Assembly: GCA_001689515.1 (NCBI GenBank)
Contig: LUJR01000039.1
Span: 83,544-147,543, forward strand
Direction of reading: 5' to 3'
From: Bacteroidales bacterium M7
GTDB taxonomy: Bacteria; Bacteroidota; Bacteroidia; Bacteroidales; Muribaculaceae
Length of the DNA stretch: 64,000 bases
This document shows positions 60,301-64,000 of the stretch, in pieces (the stretch's first letter is position 1; each line of letters begins with the position of its first letter). A program made the position numbers and the translations under genes. The notes under the pieces were generated by a model, which saw only the letters and a program-made list of their open reading frames with translations, had not been told where the DNA came from and did not search any database.

Positions 60301-61780
60301 CTGTGATAATCAGCCCTGACATGCGGCCTATAAGCTCTATCAGAGTGCCTATCCATGACACCACTGCCGACATGGCATCAATAATGGCTTTAAGCGGTCC
60401 CTTTGCCTCGTAGAATTTCAGCACAACACCCTCCACGGTCGACTCCAATATAGCCAATGCGCCTGACACATTGTCGCCCATCTCCTCGCTCATGGCGTTA
60501 AACTGGTCGGTACAGCCGGAGACCGAGGCTTGCAGATTGGTCAGCGTGTCGGCATTGGCGAGGAAGCTTGAGAAAGCGGAGACGGAGCGTTTGTCGGTAA
60601 GCTCGAGCACGGCATTAAGGTCTATCCCCTCGGCGGTGAGTTTCTTGAGACCTGCCACTAAGTCACCGAGGTTGGTAACAGGCTGCCCGATAGCCTGAGC
60701 CAGCTTGCCGTTGCTGTCGGCAAGATTGAGCAGTATGTTGCGAGTGGCAGTGGCTGCCGTGGAGGCATCAAAACCGGCATTGGCGAGCGCACCGAGCAGA
60801 GCGGTCGTTTCTTCCACGGTGAAACCAAACGAGGCAGCCACAGGACCCACGGTACTCATAGCGTTCTGCAAGAAACTGAAATCAAGTGCGCTCTTGGTTG
60901 TGCCTATAGCCAGCGTGGCAAGCATCTCGTCAACCTCCGAGGCTTCTTTGCCGAATATGCGCATGGATGCTCCGGCAAAAGCGGCAGCCGAGCCGAGATC
61001 CGTGTCTACAGCCTTGGCGAATTTCAGCACCGCCGGAGTCATGTCTTTAATTTGGTCCTTGGCAAAACCGAGTTTGGCAAGCTCTATCTGAAGGCTCGTC
61101 ACCTGGGCAGCCGTGTATGATGTCGTAGCACCGAGCCTACGCGCTTCATCGGTCAGATCCTTAATATCCTTCTTGGTAGAACCCAGCACAGCAGCCAGCT
61201 TACTGTTGGCTTTCTCAAACTCTATGATGGTCGATATGGCTTGACGGAAACCGTTGACCACATAGCTCAATAAGAAAGCACCAATGGCGTATAAGGCACC
61301 TTTGACGATTTCCTCTACCTTGGAGAAACCAAGGAAGCTACGCTTAGTCTTTTCGCTCTCTCCTGTCATCTGAGACATCGCAGTTTTGGTCTCGTCGATG
61401 CGGCGGCGCAGGTCTGCAAACCGTTCGGGCTCCGTTGCCTTGGATGTATTGTTGAGTTCGCTTCTTAACTCCTTGAGACGCTTGTTGAGCTGGGCGATTG
61501 TCAGGACTGACGGATCAATGGTCTGTCGGATAGCTCTCATCTTGGAATCATTTTCCGACAGTCGGGCATTAATGCCTTTCAGCTCTTTTTGAAGGTCAAC
61601 ATACGATTTCGAACCCTTGAGATTGGCTTTCTCAAGCTCAAGCAGAGATTTTTTCAATTCCCTTTGACGGGAGGTAAGTTCACGGCTGGACTTCTCCAGC
61701 TTGTGCATTTCCCTCTGAGCTTCAGAGGTATTGAGCGATATCGCCCATTTGATATGGTCTTCGCTGATTTTCCTTGCCAT
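57362..61780 (-). CDS. Phage tail tape measure protein
   Basis: 1472 aa from the ATG at 61780 (MARKISEDH). It has a TP901-type TMP core (LGATTSYTAAQVTSLQIELAKLGF ... ALLGALANAGFDASTAATATRNILLNL), hydrophobic segments and long coiled coils. The track's TTG start at 61810 lies inside a hairpin. Confidence 0.9.
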   Translation of the reverse strand: MARKISEDHIKWAISLNTSEAQREMHKLEKSSRELTSRQRELKKSLLELEKANLKGSKSYVDLQKELKGINARLSENDSKMRAIRQTIDPSVLTIAQLNKRLKELRSELNNTSKATEPERFADLRRRIDETKTAMSQMTGESEKTKRSFLGFSKVEEIVKGALYAIGAFLLSYVVNGFRQAISTIIEFEKANSKLAAVLGSTKKDIKDLTDEARRLGATTSYTAAQVTSLQIELAKLGFAKDQIKDMTPAVLKFAKAVDTDLGSAAAFAGASMRIFGKEASEVDEMLATLAIGTTKSALDFSFLQNAMSTVGPVAASFGFTVEETTALLGALANAGFDASTAATATRNILLNLADSNGKLAQAIGQPVTNLGDLVAGLKKLTAEGIDLNAVLELTDKRSVSAFSSFLANADTLTNLQASVSGCTDQFNAMSEEMGDNVSGALAILESTVEGVVLKFYEAKGPLKAIIDAMSAVVSWIGTLIELIGRMSGLIITAAGAWAAYRAGLILTTVVKKAYYLWITRSTKATLLETAAIKGQSVLLTAYKGLLLLVNAAKALFATNVTRAGACMRAFNLIVKLNPLGLLLSVISAVIVAFDLFGDKADESAQKLEEAKKRTEEFRKSISDLSAGTKKYATEELANLDKLYNAATNQYKSTNRRIAAAKELQRLYPAYFANMSTEEIMVGKACIQYARLAKNIREVAKAKAAQELMKENEKEMLRLGIELGLEYDKITDLQDQIKKKNLQISEYEWKRDHSFGRRDLDPVIEQLKSERDAMRDELRSLIAPYNEKKTNYEAIKPVNDQLEKMYGDIDTSKFDVENDLGKPLGVVANTADDAATKLKKLNTEIKGLQKQLKDAKPGTDIKALSARLKELQNQRKELLGTQAEKHTPGTYQDDSLKKVTAPIKNEHLERQQKIDDKKPSMTAGAYALATAEETKRYAQETIDALKKLRESTSESHDQTLDEIDMQLILWKGTLTKAQGEINKSIIAEEQKGHEERMTQFADNLKEKERTQQQAVIDGTKTQEVADMELMVYRKQAHAQELAELQSYLKTVKGLTYESADDREKAEAKVAAAIRTKQNEILTDTGNFMAKYRELIANDHSVESMEQQWDVRRAAVIAMYDGMLAQEGLTADQTIALQEAKNRALAQLDAERLVQLTDHQAQVSGSWADEYAAEMALLDQQHAQGLLKEKQYQQKKLQLQMKNAMKYYSYFQSLAASTVGAMQEYEIAASDAKYDELIRQAENNGQDTAALEEEKENAKLDIQKKYADANFAVKVAEIIANTAVAIMTAYSQLGAFAAPAIALIAATGAIQVATANAERERIKNLQPKRTAKKSDTSTPAVTRQLTGYSDGGYTGNGGRYEVAGVVHRGEYVIPKPIMTHPYVVDAVGTIESIRRNRLAPAVSAHQGYADGGFTSSPTAASVSTEEVAALRDTLTDLRSTVRSMRKMRAYVVYKDIQRAGSTLDKARSPFTRK

Positions 61781-61782
61781 AG

Positions 61783-61822
61783 AAAAAGGTAGATTTGCGT
61801 TTTGTGGCAAATCTACCTTTTC
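61783..61822 (-). terminator. Strong hairpin plus T5 ending 2 nt before the tape measure ATG
   Basis: Perfect 15-bp stem pairing 61784-61798 with 61807-61821, and an 8-nt loop. On the minus strand it is followed by TTTTT then CT then ATG. Confidence 0.6.
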
Positions 61823-61843
61823 AATATCTGGTTTTAAAGGACG

Positions 61844-62476
61844 TTAACCGCCGCCAATTCCACCGCCGATTCCTGAACCAATCCCTATACCAGGCACCCA
61901 GGCTCCACCAGTGTCCTTCGGCATCGGCTTATTGAACTCGTAGCCATCACAAAGCCCCTCTTTATAACCGTCCCTCCGACCAGCTTTGTAACCTTTCTTG
62001 TAGGCATCAAAGTAGTCATCAGGCAGATTGTCGGGAAATTCAGTACCGACAATCTCAAGGCGTAACCGCTCTATTTCGCTGTCTATTTTCTCAGCACTCA
62101 TGCCGTCTCCGAGCAGAAATGTGTCATCTGCTTTCTCTCGCCCCTTATCGTAGCCGTCATCGTAGCCTTCGTCATAGCCACTCTTATAGCCACTTTCTTC
62201 CTCGGTATGCTCGTCATCGCGGTCCCAGTAGGGTATCTCCGGGGGTGTGGGCTTGTCTGCCGGGATGTCAAACGTGGCTTTGCGTCCAGAGGGCGTAAAG
62301 ATGCACCAATAGAGCCAAAACAGAGCCATATAGCAGCCGAAAGCCGCGCCGCAGAGCTTCACGCCCTGCCACAGACCGTCATGTGCCAGCCCGTACCAGA
62401 TGCAGCCGCCGAACACCGCGCACCACACATAGGGCATCCACCATACGCCTCCGTCGTTTTTCTTCTTACGTGCCAT
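61844..62476 (-). CDS. Membrane protein with Gly/Tyr-rich repeats
   Basis: 210 aa from the ATG at 62476 (MARKKKNDGG). Two TM helices, GY(K/D).GY repeats, and a C-terminal GIGIGSGIGGGIGGG. Confidence 0.6.
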   Translation of the reverse strand: MARKKKNDGGVWWMPYVWCAVFGGCIWYGLAHDGLWQGVKLCGAAFGCYMALFWLYWCIFTPSGRKATFDIPADKPTPPEIPYWDRDDEHTEEESGYKSGYDEGYDDGYDKGREKADDTFLLGDGMSAEKIDSEIERLRLEIVGTEFPDNLPDDYFDAYKKGYKAGRRDGYKEGLCDGYEFNKPMPKDTGGAWVPGIGIGSGIGGGIGGG

Positions 62477-62534
62477 AGCTGTTAACCGTTTTCTCAAATA
62501 TAGCGAAAATAATTGTCTTTTCCAAGCAAAAGCC

Positions 62535-62601
62535 GGGGAATCCTCACGGACTCCCCTCTTTGGCTCAAACGAAAATGTAAAAAAAATGTATGTTGTATGT
62601 C
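62535..62601 (-). terminator. Conserved 3' UTR plus terminator hairpin of cassette X
   Basis: Minus strand, after the stop at 62602: acatacaacatacattttttttacatt, then the hairpin GGGGA.TCC gtga GGA.TCCCC (62535-62556), then GGCTTTTGC. Homologous to 48148-48203. Confidence 0.55.
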
Positions 62602-62817
62602 TTATTGGATGTCTGGCTCTATGAAACCTTCGGGGTCAGCATCGCGTAGTGCCTTGATCAGCTCACCCGTAATGGCAAGCTCCATGCGGATACGTTCAAA
62701 TTCTTCGGGCTCCACGTTGTCGATACAGGAGCAATATACCGTCATCAACGCTTCGCGTGTCTGCATGCGTGTATATCCGCTGCGGACAGTAATGGAGTGG
62801 TCGGTGCTGTGGGTCAT
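62602..62817 (-). CDS. Acidic 71-aa protein, paralog of the 69-aa protein at 48204-48413
   Basis: The ATG overlaps the HNH stop (ATGA). AAAGGAGG lies 6 nt upstream. By my count it has 14 acidic and 7 basic residues. Confidence 0.7.
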   Translation of the reverse strand: MTHSTDHSITVRSGYTRMQTREALMTVYCSCIDNVEPEEFERIRMELAITGELIKALRDADPEGFIEPDIQ

Positions 62818-63122
62818 CTCTCACCTCCTTTCTCTATCATGGGGCGGTAGGCCCCCACGGTCTGTACATGGCGGTGGCACTCCTTGCAGATGACACGCAC
62901 ATTAGCCACAGAGTGACGGCGCGGATGCGCCGGAGGGAGCAGATGGTAGAGGGTGCAGCCCGAAGTTACGGGCAAGCCGCACAGCTCGCACCGTCCACCG
63001 GCATACGCCATCCGTGCGGCTCTGACATCCTTGTTGCTACGGTCGGGAGTATTGCGCCTGTTGCGCTTGGCCCGGCGTGATATATAGATATGCACCCCGA
63101 GCACCTTGATATGCAGATTCAT
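62814..63122 (-). CDS. Small HNH endonuclease
   Basis: CELCG ... YHLLPPAHPRRHSVANVRVICKECH fits a Cys4 zinc plus H-N-H layout. Very Arg-rich. The ATG at 63122 has AAAGGAGG 6 nt upstream. The track start at 63143 is the alternative. Confidence 0.8.
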   Translation of the reverse strand: MNLHIKVLGVHIYISRRAKRNRRNTPDRSNKDVRAARMAYAGGRCELCGLPVTSGCTLYHLLPPAHPRRHSVANVRVICKECHRHVQTVGAYRPMIEKGGER

Positions 63123-63139
63123 CACTTGCCTCCTTTCAT

Positions 63140-63514
63140 TCATTTCCAGTCGAGACGGGATACGGCGCGGTATTCTTTACAATTCAAAAACATCGCGTAC
63201 ACATTTGAGTTAAACAGTTCACCATTGATGTGGACATACGAGATGACAAACACATAGCTGCCGTTACAATTTGATTCAGGTTTCACGCATATGCACCCAG
63301 AATCTGGAGAAATTTCCAGTTTCAGTGGGTTCCTTTTAAAGACTCGGTTGGCAACATCAACAGCTCTCTCAAGTTCCGAATATAACATAGCCAAAGCTTT
63401 TTCGTTGGCGAGTATGCAGTGCTCGAACTGCTTTGCCACAGCCTGTAGCATGGCACCTCGTTTTGTCTTGCCGGCGGTGGCGTAGGTGGTCACATTTGAT
63501 ATGAAGTATCTCAT
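63140..63514 (-). CDS. Hypothetical 124-aa protein
   Basis: ATG with AAAGGAGG 6 nt upstream. Its stop overlaps the alternative HNH start. No homology was recognised. Confidence 0.6.
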   Translation of the reverse strand: MRYFISNVTTYATAGKTKRGAMLQAVAKQFEHCILANEKALAMLYSELERAVDVANRVFKRNPLKLEISPDSGCICVKPESNCNGSYVFVISYVHINGELFNSNVYAMFLNCKEYRAVSRLDWK

Positions 63515-63846
63515 GCCCGACCTCCTTTCTGTGCTGCGCGGTTGACGATAAGACGGAAGTAGAGGAGTGTGGCTGCGATGGAGGCGAGTGCGCCGTCAGC
63601 TGCCATCACTGCCGCGCCACGGCTGGGACTGTCGGCGAGAGCCATCACGCCGAGCATGGCGGTCATCATGCCGAGGGCTGCGACTGCCACGAGGGCGCGC
63701 TCAAGTGTCACGCCTCGGAGGGCGGCGCGGACAATGCGCCGGGCGGTCTGCGCCGCCGTAAGGGGTTGGGGAACTAAGGAGATGCCTGTCATCACTCTAA
63801 TAGGGCTCTCCGGGCGGCCTGTGGCCGGAAGTGTCAATGCTTTCAT
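63511..63846 (-). CDS. Small protein with two predicted TM helices (111 aa)
   Basis: The ATG at 63846 lies 2 nt after the conserved leader hairpin, the same architecture as at 48631. Hydrophobic segments LVAVAALGMMTAMLGVMAL and LASIAATLLYF, with a basic tail. The track start at 63969 would place the leader structure inside the CDS. Confidence 0.55.
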   Translation of the reverse strand: MKALTLPATGRPESPIRVMTGISLVPQPLTAAQTARRIVRAALRGVTLERALVAVAALGMMTAMLGVMALADSPSRGAAVMAADGALASIAATLLYFRLIVNRAAQKGGRA

Positions 63847-63989
63847 ATGCGTCAATTTGGTTAGCGAGGCAGACAAAGAAACGGCTGCCGTTCCGTTGCT
63901 AACCAAATTGACGCAGTCTCTCGCGAGCGCATAAATTTGCGGAAAGGCAGCCGTTATAGGCTGGAGCATGAGGCTATAAAAATAGCCCG
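63847..63989 (-). promoter_or_regulatory. Structured leader element, copy X
   Basis: Contains the 14-mer CGGGCTATTTTTAT (reverse complement of 63976-63989). AACGGCTGCC pairs with GGCAGCCGTT over 10 nt. A perfect 17-bp stem pairs 63849-63865 with 63898-63914. The loop is conserved relative to copy Y. Confidence 0.6.
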
Positions 63990-64000
63990 CATATGATACC

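Larger units (their letters stand above)
46852..64000. mobile_element. Integrated temperate phage-like element (left part only; continues past the window end)
   Basis: A tyrosine integrase lies directly downstream of a tRNA gene. It is followed by small orphan genes, a back-to-back promoter region, and a minus-strand tail module including a tape measure protein. The right boundary is not in the window. Confidence 0.8.

Noticed and set aside
62513-62893. A 126-aa plus-strand ORF, and the idea that 62525-62600 is the 3' end of a second integrase gene.
   Set aside because: The ORF runs antisense to the 71-aa and HNH genes and crosses the terminator module. Its similarity to the integrase 3' end is at nucleotide level, is out of frame (one extra G), and is better explained as a shared minus-strand 3' UTR and terminator. 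A decayed integrase remnant cannot be fully excluded without a search.
63849-63914. The leader inverted repeats interpreted as integron attC-like recombination sites flanking gene cassettes.
   Set aside because: No IntI-type integrase or attI is present. The arms do not fit the RYYYAAC / GTTRRRY core sites. The repeats sit at the 5' ends of cassettes, directly abutting start codons, rather than at the 3' ends.
63972-63987. A small hairpin formed by the shared 14-mer (GGCTAT-tttt-ATAGCC in copy X), considered as a conserved first stem of the leader element.
   Set aside because: In copy Y only a 4-bp GGGC/GCCC stem with a 9-nt loop is possible and the pairing register differs. Conservation of this helix is therefore not established. 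The 14-mer may instead be a sequence-specific protein or RNA polymerase contact.

Overview
This 64-kb window comes from a Bacteroidota (Bacteroidales-type) chromosome. That assignment is inferred from gene content (TamB/TamA pair, DPP-IV, GH31, methylmalonyl-CoA mutase, a DUF3109 protein), from TAnnTTTG -7 boxes upstream of several genes, and from the lack of Shine-Dalgarno (SD) sequences on core genes. Positions 1-46.8 kb hold ordinary core genes: clpB, nhaA, miaA, dcp, tamB, mutAB, a two-component system and others. This part is interrupted by one small accessory island, a Type III restriction-modification (R-M) system at 1589-5937 with an unusually long structured leader. It also contains two copies of a palindromic intergenic repeat family, at 10631-11036 and 30783-30870. 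From tRNA-Ser(UGA) at 46764-46851 to the end of the window lies the left part of an integrated temperate siphovirus-like element. It carries a tyrosine integrase, a back-to-back promoter region, and a tail module on the minus strand: a leucine-rich-repeat (LRR) fibre candidate, baseplate-like proteins and a 1472-aa tape measure protein (TMP). The most interesting signal is inside this element. Two minus-strand cassettes (48204-48631 and 62602-63846) are bracketed by homologous non-coding modules. The 5' module is a ~150-nt leader with a stem that covaries between copies, a conserved loop, pseudoknot-type complementarity, and a stem that ends exactly 2 nt before the ATG. The 3' module is a UTR plus a terminator hairpin. 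Both cassettes end in paralogous acidic ~70-aa proteins, and one also carries a small basic HNH nuclease. These genes, res and a 41-aa ORF all carry perfect AAAGGAGG SD sites, which the core genes and tail genes checked lack. No CRISPR array, rRNA gene or diversity-generating retroelement was seen. All family names come from motif and pattern recognition by eye, not from database searches.
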